Source: a bacterium (GTDB lineage: Bacteria; Patescibacteriota; Minisyncoccia; Phycocordibacterales; Phycocordibacteraceae). Taken from it: a stretch of DNA of 64,000 nt. The stretch lies in assembly GCA_037200965.1 (NCBI GenBank), contig JBBCGK010000001.1, forward strand, positions 640,001 through 704,000, read 5' to 3'. Below are positions 49,816-59,633 of the stretch, piece after piece (the first letter of the stretch is position 1; the number at the start of each line of letters is the position of its first letter). The translations under genes and the position numbers were made by a program. The notes below the pieces were generated by a model. It worked only from the letters and a program-made list of their open reading frames with translations. It searched no databases and was not told the DNA's origin.

Positions 49816-50967
49816 TTAGAGCGCTTTCACGGGTAGCGTCCGTAGTGCAAAGAAGCTCACGCAGAGCAGCGCGAGCGCCGCAACCGCATTCACGGCAAAC
49901 ACCCCTTCGAGTCCGATGAACCGATAGGTAAGCGCGATGAAAAGGGGAGAGGCGAAGTACGCGATATCCCGCACGGTCTCGAGTATGCCGAAGAATTCGC
50001 CGCGTTCCTGCGGGGCGTGGAGGCGCGAGGTGAGGACATCCATGACGAGCCATATGCCAAGCACGCCGATGGCCGCGACGAATATCGAAATGACTTTCAT
50101 CGGGAGCGCGGTACTTAGATAAAACGCGAGAAACGATGCGACGGAGAGCAGGGACGATAGCGTAAAGACCCTCCTTTCTCCGAAGCGGTCGATGAATTTG
50201 CCAAGGACATCGGAAAAGAGGATGGAAGGAACGGAAAATGCCGCGATAATGAGCGCGGAATCCATGAAGGAGTTTTCATAGAAGCCGACGAGCGGCTGCG
50301 TGAACCAGACCGATTCCCAGAAGAACGCCACGAAGAAGGCGGTCGCGACAAGAAAGAGATTGAGCGGCAGGGATCTGCGGAACAGCCGGAGGGTGTCGCG
50401 GTAGGAGAATGGCCTTGCGTGCTCCTCCGCGCGCGTAGCGGGCTTCCTTGCCGCGCCGTAAATAAGGAAGAGGCAGAGTATCGCGACGCCCGCGACCGCA
50501 AGAAACGGCGCGTCGAGGCTCAGGTAGGCGATGAGGAATGCGACGCCGATCGGCGCAAGTCCCTCCCCGATGGCGACGATGCGGAAGAACCTTCCGAAGG
50601 CGGTGCCATGCCCGTCCTTCTCCGCATCGTCGCCTATGAGCGCGAGGAGCGGCGACCAGTTGAGCCCGTAGCTTGCCCCGAAGAGCACGGCGGCGGCGAA
50701 GAACACGAAGACATTGTTCGAGAAATAGAGCGCCACCGCCGCAAGCGCGGCAAGCACCATGGAATAGGCGATGAGCCGCTCCCGGCCTATGCGGTCCGAG
50801 AGCTTTCCGGAGGGGATGTCGAGGAGTCCCGAACAAAGCGATACCAGGGAGAAGAGGACGGCCGTGAGCCCGACGCTCACTCCCGCTTCCGAGAACTTGA
50901 CCGGGAGCAGGAACTCCATCGCCCCGAATATGACGTTGAAAAGAAAAAGGGGCGCGAGCCGGCGCAT
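49816..50967 (-). CDS. MFS transporter
   Basis: 12 predicted TM helices, MFS-like loop DRIGRERL. Confidence 0.7.
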   Translation of the reverse strand: MRRLAPLFLFNVIFGAMEFLLPVKFSEAGVSVGLTAVLFSLVSLCSGLLDIPSGKLSDRIGRERLIAYSMVLAALAAVALYFSNNVFVFFAAAVLFGASYGLNWSPLLALIGDDAEKDGHGTAFGRFFRIVAIGEGLAPIGVAFLIAYLSLDAPFLAVAGVAILCLFLIYGAARKPATRAEEHARPFSYRDTLRLFRRSLPLNLFLVATAFFVAFFWESVWFTQPLVGFYENSFMDSALIIAAFSVPSILFSDVLGKFIDRFGERRVFTLSSLLSVASFLAFYLSTALPMKVISIFVAAIGVLGIWLVMDVLTSRLHAPQERGEFFGILETVRDIAYFASPLFIALTYRFIGLEGVFAVNAVAALALLCVSFFALRTLPVKAL

Positions 50968-51003
50968 CCGTACAGTATAATCCAATCATTCCCCGGCTCC
51001 TGC

Positions 51004-51846
51004 ATGTACCTCTTCCCTTTTTTGACGGCGGGCGCTCACGGCCTTGCGATAGCGTTCGACCGGCTCAATCTTACCCGTACCAAGTTCAAACCGCGCGCGC
51101 TTCTCCTGCTCACGTTCCTCGTGATGACCGTAACGGCCGCCGCGTATGTCCTCATCGCGCGTCCGCCGTTTCCCGCGCTCGGGCCCGTCGTCCTCGGGAT
51201 CGTTACCGCCATGGTCCTCCTTTCGTTCGCGCAGAACATATTCGAACTGAAAGGAATCCAGGCGATGCAGCTCCACACCCGCGAACCCGTCACCACCCTG
51301 CAGCCTCTCCTTACGGGCCTTCTCGCGTATCTTCTCTTTCCATCCGAAGGCAATATCCTTTATCTGGCCGCCATCGTCGTCGGCGTGCCGATCGTCCTCT
51401 GGTCAAACGCGAAACGGTATTCGTGGCGCAAGCTCCTCACCCCGGGGAGCGGATACGTGTTCGCCGACATATCCCTTTCGGCGGCTGTCGACAACCTCGC
51501 CAAGCTCGCGCTCCAATTCCTTTCTCCCGCGTATCTCGGGCTGTTCCGGATCGGCGGGGTATTCTTCCTTTGCTGCGCCTTCTTTCGCGGCTCGTGGAAG
51601 GAAGTTCCGCCCGGAGGCCTCTGGCTCGGACTTGTGCCGGGCATGTTTTTCGGCGTTTCCGCGCTCGCGCGGCTCTTCGCGTTCGAATACGTCGGTCTTA
51701 ATTTCACGCTGCTCATCCTGCTTCTTGAGCCCGGGCTCGTCTATCTGCTGAGCCGCGTGCTGCTCAAGGAAAAGCTCGAGTGGCGGCCGATCATCGGCAG
51801 CGGGCTCATTCTGTGCCTCATCATCGCGGTCCGGTGCCTGTCATAA
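51004..51846 (+). CDS. DMT/EamA-like membrane transporter (280 aa)
   Basis: 10 TM polytopic; ATG at 51004 inside the 50419..51846 ORF. Confidence 0.45.
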   Translation: MYLFPFLTAGAHGLAIAFDRLNLTRTKFKPRALLLLTFLVMTVTAAAYVLIARPPFPALGPVVLGIVTAMVLLSFAQNIFELKGIQAMQLHTREPVTTLQPLLTGLLAYLLFPSEGNILYLAAIVVGVPIVLWSNAKRYSWRKLLTPGSGYVFADISLSAAVDNLAKLALQFLSPAYLGLFRIGGVFFLCCAFFRGSWKEVPPGGLWLGLVPGMFFGVSALARLFAFEYVGLNFTLLILLLEPGLVYLLSRVLLKEKLEWRPIIGSGLILCLIIAVRCLS

Positions 51847-51916
51847 CTACCCTGCGTTTTCATCGGCAACCTGCTATCTTCCTAAGAGGGTACACAGTTC
51901 TGTCACGGAGGGAAGC

Positions 51917-52318
51917 ATGGAAGAAAAGACTCTCGCGAAAAGATATCCGAATGGTCCATACAAGGGGATACTCTATGAGCAGAGAACCCTCACGGGCCCC
52001 CGCACGTACATTACCCGCGTCTTTCTCCTCACCGAAGGAGAATATCTGGGGGAGGGCATATACCGATTCGTCCTGCCGCTCACTTATGAGCCTTCGGCTG
52101 TCGTCGAAGGAGCGCTGACTCCCAAGGAAGCCGAGTGGCGCGTAGCGCGTCCGCTGCGGGCACTTCTCTTCGGCTATTCGATAGGGTGCTATATGCGTAA
52201 CGTCGAGTATAGGCCTCATGAGGCGATACTCGACGTGTGGATCAAGACCTATAATGCTGAGGTGATAGCTATCACTGTCGAAGGAAGGATAGTCGATAAG
52301 AGCAAGCTCACCCTATAG
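51917..52318 (+). CDS. hypothetical protein (133 aa)
   Basis: ORF followed by terminator hairpin 52346-52378. Confidence 0.4.
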   Translation: MEEKTLAKRYPNGPYKGILYEQRTLTGPRTYITRVFLLTEGEYLGEGIYRFVLPLTYEPSAVVEGALTPKEAEWRVARPLRALLFGYSIGCYMRNVEYRPHEAILDVWIKTYNAEVIAITVEGRIVDKSKLTL

Positions 52319-52442
52319 TGATCGAAGAGCCCCCAATACTGCGTCGAGCCGGGATCGCTAGACGATCCCGGCTTTTTTGCAAAATCTGTTGGGACTAGCG
52401 GGCTGTATTCCGTCTGATAGAAGGCAGTATACTTTACGTACC

Positions 52443-53156
52443 ATGCCGGACATCCGCGACCTCTACGCCAGGGCCGGGCACTGGCACGGGACGGGGCGGT
52501 ATAAATACGGCGATACCGACGGAGTCGTCGATATTCTGGAAGGGATCATACAAAACAAAGGACTTACCCCGCACCACGATGACTGGGACAGGAAGCGGGG
52601 AGGCATACGATCGATCTCGCTTGGTCGCGCGCGCATGTACGCGCGGCTGTATGCGGGTATGTATATGCCGCAGGGACAGCGGATCGGGAACGAATACGGA
52701 TCGAGGCTTGTATGGGGCCATTGGTTTTTCGACACCGCGTTTCTCGTCGCGCTCGCGGAATACCCGTTCGGGAAGCATATCCTCGATTACCAGCGGAAGC
52801 TAGTGAACTGGACGGGGAAGGTTTCGAAGAAAAAGCACTCCCTAAAAAGCGTTTTTCTCGAAGGCACGGACATCGCGTACAACTACCCGATACTCATCGG
52901 CATACGGCAGGGAGCGATATCGCCGTCGCCCGGTTCGCGGTTCTTCAACCTCCATGAGGACCGGAGCGAATTTCCCATTTCCATCGAAGACTTTACGCAT
53001 GTGGAGGTTCCGGAGACGCGGGTACGTGAAGTTGCCGAAACGTTCCGGGACGCCGGGTTCGAAATCCCCGTGATTCCGATCGAGGACGGGGAGACATACT
53101 GTCGGAGTTTTTCTTTTGCGAAGCTCGTTGGCGGAAAACCGCTTATACGGCCATAG
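52443..53156 (+). CDS. hypothetical protein (237 aa)
   Basis: ATG at 52443 (the track start at 52377 is TTG inside the terminator). Confidence 0.4.
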   Translation: MPDIRDLYARAGHWHGTGRYKYGDTDGVVDILEGIIQNKGLTPHHDDWDRKRGGIRSISLGRARMYARLYAGMYMPQGQRIGNEYGSRLVWGHWFFDTAFLVALAEYPFGKHILDYQRKLVNWTGKVSKKKHSLKSVFLEGTDIAYNYPILIGIRQGAISPSPGSRFFNLHEDRSEFPISIEDFTHVEVPETRVREVAETFRDAGFEIPVIPIEDGETYCRSFSFAKLVGGKPLIRP

Positions 53157-53161
53157 CTCCT

Positions 53162-53734
53162 ATGAACCCCCTCGTCATTTGGCTTCTCGCATACGCGCTT
53201 CCGGCCTTCTTGGCCGGCTGCTATATCAAATTATGTTCGCATCAAGAAGGCGGCTCTCCGAAGAATCTGACTTTCATTCATGTCGTGCTGCTGGTATCCG
53301 CGCTTGCAAGTCAATGCGCGATATACGCTCAGGGAATATCGTTCCCGACGCCGGGGATATGGTTCCTGGTGGTTTTTGCAGCGAGCGTGGCGATCGCGGG
53401 CTTTTTCATCGGCAGGCTTGGCCTTCTCTATGGTGTTTCCGCGCTCCTGCAGCAGGCATGCATGCTCTCCATCGCTTTTCTCCTTTTGCCCGCGTTTCCG
53501 GTCTGGATTGTTGTACTTCTTATCGTGCCGCTTTTCGTGTTCTGCCACCAACTGACCGGCGTGCCGTATTGGCGCACTCGAATCATACTTATCACGCTCT
53601 GGGGCAGCGTTTCCGTCCTCATCTTCGCTTTTATCCCGGATATCCTTCTTGTTTCTTCGCTCCACACGCTCTTCGGGACGATTCTCATCGCGAACGGTAT
53701 ATTGCATATACAATATGAGCGATCCCGATTTTGA
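53162..53734 (+). CDS. membrane protein (190 aa)
   Basis: 5-6 hydrophobic helices. Confidence 0.45.
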   Translation: MNPLVIWLLAYALPAFLAGCYIKLCSHQEGGSPKNLTFIHVVLLVSALASQCAIYAQGISFPTPGIWFLVVFAASVAIAGFFIGRLGLLYGVSALLQQACMLSIAFLLLPAFPVWIVVLLIVPLFVFCHQLTGVPYWRTRIILITLWGSVSVLIFAFIPDILLVSSLHTLFGTILIANGILHIQYERSRF

Positions 53735-54242
53735 GCGCCTTTTAGAGAAAGACAAATACCAGGTCTTCTTGTTCGCGTGTCCCGCGGGGATGCCGGCCAG
53801 CTTCGCGACGCATCCGTGGTTCGTCGTGAACCGGACAGGAACCATCTCCCGCTACGGCATCAGCTGGCGAACGGCCGCCCAGGGCGACCGCCCGCCGTTC
53901 GCGCGCCACACCTGCGGAAAATGCGTCGGACACTTGCATAAGGACGCGCTTCCGTCGGCGGTAGGGATAGAGATGTTCTTTTTCATACGGGGATGGATGT
54001 GGGAGAGCCGGCTCCTCGGAAGCGTCACCGGCGGGGAAGGGTCGCTCGCGGCGCGCATGGCCGACGTTATCGAGCGATCTTTGGAAACATATCCATATAT
54101 CGAACGCTATTCCCTGATCGGTCCGAACAGCAACACGTATCCGCAATGGGTAGTGAATCAGTTTCCCGAATCCGGCCTCCGGTTGCCCTGGAACGCGTTC
54201 GGGAAAAGATATGTGATGAGCAGAACATCCGTCAATTCTTGA
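53715..54242 (+). CDS. hypothetical protein (175 aa)
   Basis: ATG at 53715; 20-bp overlap with upstream gene. Confidence 0.4.
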   Translation: MSDPDFERLLEKDKYQVFLFACPAGMPASFATHPWFVVNRTGTISRYGISWRTAAQGDRPPFARHTCGKCVGHLHKDALPSAVGIEMFFFIRGWMWESRLLGSVTGGEGSLAARMADVIERSLETYPYIERYSLIGPNSNTYPQWVVNQFPESGLRLPWNAFGKRYVMSRTSVNS

Positions 54243-54918
54243 CTACCAGACATTGCGAGAAAGGAAGTTCGATAAATGTATCGGGCCTGGTCTCAAGAAA
54301 TTCGTCGAATGCTTTGCGTACACCCTGGCACTGTGAATAGTCATGGGAAAGGATGATTCCGCCCGGAAGCATCCTAGGATAGAAGAAACTAAGGCAGGCT
54401 TTCGTGCTTTCATATGTGTCGACATCAAGGTGCACGAATGAAAACCTATTTTCCGCGACAGGCGCTGCAGTATCGGGGAAGAACCCCGGATAGATGAAGA
54501 CTTGTGGATATGCAGCGAGACGAGCACGCACCGCAGCTTCGCTTGCCGCAAACATCCCTTTCTTAAAACGGGTGTCTAGGGCGCCGACGCTCGGAAGTCC
54601 TGCGAACGTGTCAAACAGGTGTAATGGGGTGCCCTCTTTTGCTTCGCAGATAGCTTTCGACGAGGCTCCCTGGAACACATCAACTTCCGCATATTCGCCT
54701 CCGTGCTTTCGCTGTGTTCGCGCGAGTGAATAGATCATGAAAAGTTCTTCGGGGTCAAGTAAGACTGGGCCCCGTTCCTCGCGATAAATTTCCCGAACGA
54801 GCCGCACGAGGCCCGCGTCGGCCGCCTTGTAGTAGGAGAACACTTTAAGATCGAACCAGTTCACGAGGCGCTTGGTGACCTTGCCAAAGTATATGTTTGC
54901 TATCTTGTCGGTGTTCAT
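54232..54918 (-). CDS. TylF/MycF-family SAM-dependent O-methyltransferase
   Basis: DTFAGLP, FSFVHLDVDTYESTKACLSFFYPRMLPGGIILSHDY. Confidence 0.65.
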   Translation of the reverse strand: MNTDKIANIYFGKVTKRLVNWFDLKVFSYYKAADAGLVRLVREIYREERGPVLLDPEELFMIYSLARTQRKHGGEYAEVDVFQGASSKAICEAKEGTPLHLFDTFAGLPSVGALDTRFKKGMFAASEAAVRARLAAYPQVFIYPGFFPDTAAPVAENRFSFVHLDVDTYESTKACLSFFYPRMLPGGIILSHDYSQCQGVRKAFDEFLETRPDTFIELPFSQCLVVKN

Positions 54919-54957
54919 ATACGTTCAGTATAGCAATGGTCTGTTACACTGTAACCG

Positions 54958-56223
54958 ATGTTGCGCGCGGGCTCCCGGCTCTTTAGCAGGCTCTTCTGGA
55001 CGTTCTCCCCGTTCTGGCTTTTCCTCGTCCTCTTCAAGTTCGCCGGCGGACTCCACTATTCCCTCCTTTCGCCCCTTGGCGAGCGGCTCCTGCCGCTCTG
55101 GATCGTCGGATTCATCATGGGAGGAGCCTCGCTCATCCAGCTTCTTCTTGACGTGCCCGCCGGTCAGCTGCTTGACCGTTTCGGATACCGCAGACTGCTC
55201 AAAGTGACGGCGGCGACATTCCTTGTCGCCGCGCTGTGCCTTGCCTTCGAGCTCACGCTCGCGACGTACCTCATCAGCATATTCCTTTCCATCTTCGGGT
55301 GGCTGTTCTTCAGTCCCGGCATAAACGCGTATATCCTTTCTTCCGCCCCCAGGGAATTCGCGGGGAAATTCATGTCGCTCCGGGATGTGTTCGGGTCGGT
55401 CGGCATCGTGATATCGAGCGCCGCGCTCCCGTTCACCCTGCTCCTCGCCCCGTCGTATATCGGGACGGTGCTTGCGGCGGGATTCGCACTTGCGTTCCTG
55501 GCGCTTATCTTCGCGCCCAAGGACCATGCGTCGGTGCACGCGGAGCAGAAAATAGACACGCATCACTACTACATCCGCCGCCAGTTCCTCGCCTCCCTCC
55601 GGACCATACGGAAGCTCAATCCGGCAAGCTCGATGCTTCTCCTCCTCAGCCTCTCAAGCGGCATCTTCTACGGCATCATCTGGTTCGTCGTGCCGCTCAT
55701 TCTCGCGCACGAACTCCACGGTGCGATCCTCGGCGGCATCGGGCTCGGCATCTTCGATTTCTCGGTCGTCGTGCTCGGTTTCGTGCTCGGCACGCTCGCC
55801 GACCGCGCGGACCGGCGCACGCTCGTATTCTTCGGTCTCCTCGTCTTCGCGCTGTTTGGCATGCTCCTTGGACTTGGGTTCGGCATCCTGTTCATACTTT
55901 TCGGTTTCCTCGCGACCGCGGGCGAGGAGATGGCCGGAATATCGCTCTGGTCCTGGCTCCATGCGCTTGACCGGGAACACGCCAAGGACGGTGCGGTAGC
56001 GGGGGTCATAACCCTCTTTGACGATGTCGGGTGGATGATCGGGCCGGCGTGTGCCGGCGTACTCTACGGGCTCGTTGGCCCCTCGTGGGCGGTCATTATC
56101 GGCGCGCTGCCGATACTCGTTACCTGGGCCGTCTACTGGATCGGCTTCCAGAAGCATGTCCTGCCGAATATCAGCTTCCCGTTCGTCCCGGCGAAGCCGC
56201 ACCACAGGCGGCATAAGGCATAG
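54958..56223 (+). CDS. MFS transporter
   Basis: 12 TM helices, DRFGYRRL loop. Confidence 0.7.
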   Translation: MLRAGSRLFSRLFWTFSPFWLFLVLFKFAGGLHYSLLSPLGERLLPLWIVGFIMGGASLIQLLLDVPAGQLLDRFGYRRLLKVTAATFLVAALCLAFELTLATYLISIFLSIFGWLFFSPGINAYILSSAPREFAGKFMSLRDVFGSVGIVISSAALPFTLLLAPSYIGTVLAAGFALAFLALIFAPKDHASVHAEQKIDTHHYYIRRQFLASLRTIRKLNPASSMLLLLSLSSGIFYGIIWFVVPLILAHELHGAILGGIGLGIFDFSVVVLGFVLGTLADRADRRTLVFFGLLVFALFGMLLGLGFGILFILFGFLATAGEEMAGISLWSWLHALDREHAKDGAVAGVITLFDDVGWMIGPACAGVLYGLVGPSWAVIIGALPILVTWAVYWIGFQKHVLPNISFPFVPAKPHHRRHKA

Positions 56224-56237
56224 CCGGCGCGGCCTTG

Positions 56238-57062
56238 TTAGGTTCCGGCAACGGCGCGTATCGAGCGGGAGAGATTCTCGAGAAACCTTCCGCGAGTCGT
56301 ATCTGACAGCCTGGTTACGGAAAGAAAGACACCGCCCTGATCGGTGACTTCCGTAAGGAGGAGGTCGCCCGTCTCCGTGCGGCACGCGTCGACGCGTATG
56401 ATGCCCCGCTTTTGCCTGTCCCAGTCGATAAAGACTTTAGCGAACGCGATATCGCGTTCGCTTGGATCGAATTCTTCCAGTTCCCATCGCTTCCGCGTAT
56501 CGGGCGCATACAATACGTACTGCAGCTTCCCGTCGAGATAATAGAAGGATATCTCGTACGTGAAGTCTATGAAGGGCTGGATGAGATAGTGCCTGGGAGC
56601 GAGCGCGAGCAGTTCGTCCCGCGAAAGCCTCCGCGCGTTTATGCCGCTGAAGCCGTTCTTCGGTTTTATGAAATAATCGCCGCCGTTTGGCAGCTGGCCG
56701 ATATCCCCGACGCGGTCGACGGTCGGAATCACCGGAAACCCGTTCCTGGAAAGCCAAAGCAGGTATCCCTTCCACCCGTCGGAGTCGTCCTGCTCATATT
56801 CGCGGACGTACAGGTCGTCATGTATCGGAAGCCATGGCTTCGCGCGCCACCGCCCGTACCACGGCTCCGGCTTCCCATAGTCTTTCGTGTTCCATGTATT
56901 GCGGATGATGATCGCGTCCGCCGCGTCCTCAAACGGTTCGCAGTCGCGCGGGTGCATGAGCGCTACGTCAAAGTCCCGCCGCAGGAAATCTCTTATGAGC
57001 ATGTCTTCTTCTTCCGCGCCGTTCGTAAGGTCGGTGAGGAAGAGGAGCAGGGGCTTAGCCAT
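56238..57062 (-). CDS. ATP-grasp fold ligase-like protein
   Basis: YFIKPKNGFSGINA nucleotide-binding-loop-like motif; weak. Confidence 0.4.
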   Translation of the reverse strand: MAKPLLLFLTDLTNGAEEEDMLIRDFLRRDFDVALMHPRDCEPFEDAADAIIIRNTWNTKDYGKPEPWYGRWRAKPWLPIHDDLYVREYEQDDSDGWKGYLLWLSRNGFPVIPTVDRVGDIGQLPNGGDYFIKPKNGFSGINARRLSRDELLALAPRHYLIQPFIDFTYEISFYYLDGKLQYVLYAPDTRKRWELEEFDPSERDIAFAKVFIDWDRQKRGIIRVDACRTETGDLLLTEVTDQGGVFLSVTRLSDTTRGRFLENLSRSIRAVAGT

Positions 57063-57070
57063 GCGGTGAA

Positions 57071-58324
57071 CTATACCGCGCGCTCCGGCGGCGGGGGAGG
57101 GGCAAGCCGGAGATGGCGCAGGCTCGAACGGGCGCCCCGCCGCGTATGGAAGAAGAACACGATCGCGAGGAAGCAGGCGATGGTCGCGAGAAGAGAGGCA
57201 AGAAGCGGGAAGCCCATGAAATCAAGCGCAACGCCAAGCATCACGGGCGCGGCCAGGTCGCTTATGCCGCCGATAACGGAGAATACCGATTCGAGCCGCC
57301 CATAGTGGTCGGGAGGCGTGAGCGCGGTCGCGAGGCTCTTTTGGAGAATGGAAAGGAATTCGACCAGCGTGCCGATAAGGAGGCCGCCCGCGACCGTAAC
57401 CGCGTACGGCAGGGGAAGAGCGAGCGCGGCGAGAACGAGCGCCATGAGGCCGCACAATATTGCCGCAAGCCGCGCCTTCTCGCCGCGGTCGGCAATCTTG
57501 CCGAGAAGGTAGCCGAAGAGGGACGGGATGCCCATCACGACCGTAAAGAGAATCACGAGCGAGAGGTTTCCGGTCGTGAAATAGATATCGATCGGAATGA
57601 AGAACTCGACGAGCACCACGACCACCTCGGTAAACAGAAGGAGCATGGCAAGGAGCCGGAGATCGCTGTTCCAGGTCTTCCATTCATCGATGGCCGAGCG
57701 GTATGCGTGCCGGAGCGGAAGCTTCTTCGCCGCGTTTGCGAGCGCCGGATGGTCCTTCCTGATCCGCAGCACGAACGGAAGCGCGAGGAGCGCGGTCGGG
57801 GCGACGAGGAACAAAAGCGCCTGGATCGAGAAGTATTTTATGAGGAGGATCCCGGCGAGCGCCGCGGCGAGCCACCCGAAATTCGAAAGAGTGTCGAGGA
57901 GCCCGAACGAGGAGGCGATAGTGCTCCCCGGAGCCATGCGGCGGATATAGGTATCGATGCCGGTCGAATCGAGGCCCCAGGCGATGCCGTTGAGCCCCCG
58001 CGCGACGACGACGAACGCCACGAGCCCGGTCATGCCCGCGATGAAATAAAAAAGACCGACGAAAGGATAAATGCACAGTCCGATGATCACGAGCCATTTC
58101 GCGCTCATGCGCTCCGCGAGGAGCCCGAGCACCGGTATCGCGAGGAGAAGCGTCACTTCGTAGCTTGAGCGCACGAGCCCGGCTTCGCCGAAGCTTCCCG
58201 TGAGCTGCATGATGAGGATGGGAATGAGCGATTCGCCGAATCCCCAGCCGACATAGCGTATCGTCCGCGCGTACGCGAGCGAACGCACCCCGGCGAGGGA
58301 ATAAGAAAGACGGCGGCGGAACAT
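57071..58324 (-). CDS. MFS transporter
   Basis: 12 TM helices; ATG at 58324 (the track start at 58363 is GTG inside the terminator). Confidence 0.65.
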   Translation of the reverse strand: MFRRRLSYSLAGVRSLAYARTIRYVGWGFGESLIPILIMQLTGSFGEAGLVRSSYEVTLLLAIPVLGLLAERMSAKWLVIIGLCIYPFVGLFYFIAGMTGLVAFVVVARGLNGIAWGLDSTGIDTYIRRMAPGSTIASSFGLLDTLSNFGWLAAALAGILLIKYFSIQALLFLVAPTALLALPFVLRIRKDHPALANAAKKLPLRHAYRSAIDEWKTWNSDLRLLAMLLLFTEVVVVLVEFFIPIDIYFTTGNLSLVILFTVVMGIPSLFGYLLGKIADRGEKARLAAILCGLMALVLAALALPLPYAVTVAGGLLIGTLVEFLSILQKSLATALTPPDHYGRLESVFSVIGGISDLAAPVMLGVALDFMGFPLLASLLATIACFLAIVFFFHTRRGARSSLRHLRLAPPPPPERAV

Positions 58325-58349
58325 GGGAGAAGTATAGCGTGGACAACAC

Positions 58350-58380
58350 AAAAGCCGTCTCACAGGAGACGGCTTTTGTT
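58350..58380 (-). terminator. hairpin AAAAGCCGTCTC-ACAG-GAGACGGCTTTTGTT downstream of rplT
   Basis: stem-loop with flanking A/T runs. Confidence 0.55.
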
Positions 58381-58395
58381 GATTCCAGAACCGTA

Positions 58396-58743
58396 TTATG
58401 CGATCTTCTTCGCGATGCGCGCGAATATCTCCGGATGGTCCTTGGCGAAGGTCGAGAGGACCTTGCGGTCGAGCGCGACGCCCTGCTTCTTCAGCTTCCC
58501 GATGAACGTGCTGTACGACTTGTGGCCGTTCTCGCGGAGCGCGGCATTGAGGCGCACGATCCAGAGCTGACGGTAGTCGGTCTTCTTGTCGCGGCGGTGG
58601 TTGAACGCGTACTTGCCCGCGTGCTGGAGCGCCTCGTGCGCGAAACGCTCCTTCTTGCTCCGTGCGTGGCGGTAGCCCTTGGCGCGCTTGAGCACGTTCC
58701 GGCGCCGCTTCGCAGAGATGATTCCTCCTTTTACTCGTGGCAT
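58396..58743 (-). CDS. rplT: 50S ribosomal protein L20
   Basis: MPRVKGGIISAKRRRNVLKRAKGY. Confidence 0.9.
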   Translation of the reverse strand: MPRVKGGIISAKRRRNVLKRAKGYRHARSKKERFAHEALQHAGKYAFNHRRDKKTDYRQLWIVRLNAALRENGHKSYSTFIGKLKKQGVALDRKVLSTFAKDHPEIFARIAKKIA

Positions 58744-58779
58744 ACGTAAATGATTACAATTCTAAGGTTGATAGGGGGG

Positions 58780-58965
58780 CTAGGAGCCCGGGAGAAAGCG
58801 GCGGCGGATCTTGTTGGAGACGGCAAGATTCACCACGCGGCGTTTCCCCATGGTCTTAGAGCCCGATTCCTTCGCGTTGAAATGGTTCTGGCCGGGCTTG
58901 CGGGCAAGGACCTTGCCGGTACGCGTGACGCGCAGGCGCTTCTGGTATGACTTGTTGGTTTTCAT
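58780..58965 (-). CDS. rpmI: 50S ribosomal protein L35
   Basis: [25 protein letters not shown]. Confidence 0.85.
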   Translation of the reverse strand: MKTNKSYQKRLRVTRTGKVLARKPGQNHFNAKESGSKTMGKRRVVNLAVSNKIRRRFLPGS

Positions 58966-59534
58966 GGTTGTGGGTTTTCCGGTTTCTCTTTCGCGCTTTT
59001 CTCCTGCTTTCCCTGCGCTTCCTTGTCGCGCTCGATGACGCCCGCGAATCCCTTGGGACTTCTCGCGACGGGCTCCGCTATCTTGTACGCGTACGGGATG
59101 AGGAGCAGGAATTTCTCGAGGCGGGCCTTAAGAAAGGCCTCTTCCATTCCTTTATAGCGTCCCTTGAGGAAGAGCTCGGCCCGGACCCGGTGTCCTTCGG
59201 CAAGCCATTCGGCCGCCTTCTTGGCCTTGAGGCGCATGTCGTTGTCCCCGGTCCCGACCTTGATCTGGACCTCCTTGGTTTCCGACACCTTGGCCTTGGC
59301 CCGCGCTTGGCTCTCTTTCTTGCTGCGCTCGTACTCGAATTTACCATAATCCATCACTTTCGCAACGGGCGGGGTCGCGAGGGGCGATATCTCGATGAGG
59401 TCGAGCCCCGCGGCTTCGGCGGCCCGAAGCGCCTCGTCAAGCGTGATGACGCCGAGGTTCTCGCCCTGTGCGCCAATGACGCGCAGCTCGGGTGCGCGTA
59501 TCTCACGGTTGATGCGGGCTCGTTCGGTGCTCAA
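58962..59534 (-). CDS. infC: translation initiation factor IF-3 (TTG start)
   Basis: [24 protein letters not shown]...; atypical TTG start codon. Confidence 0.85.
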   Translation of the reverse strand: MSTERARINREIRAPELRVIGAQGENLGVITLDEALRAAEAAGLDLIEISPLATPPVAKVMDYGKFEYERSKKESQARAKAKVSETKEVQIKVGTGDNDMRLKAKKAAEWLAEGHRVRAELFLKGRYKGMEEAFLKARLEKFLLLIPYAYKIAEPVARSPKGFAGVIERDKEAQGKQEKSAKEKPENPQP

Positions 59535-59633
59535 AGCGGTGTTCCACCGACTCTAGCACGAACGAGGCCGTACCTGCAAGGAAATTCAGGCGGCATACCT
59601 TGTTCTTTCCGGATTATGGGTTAAGGTAATCGC

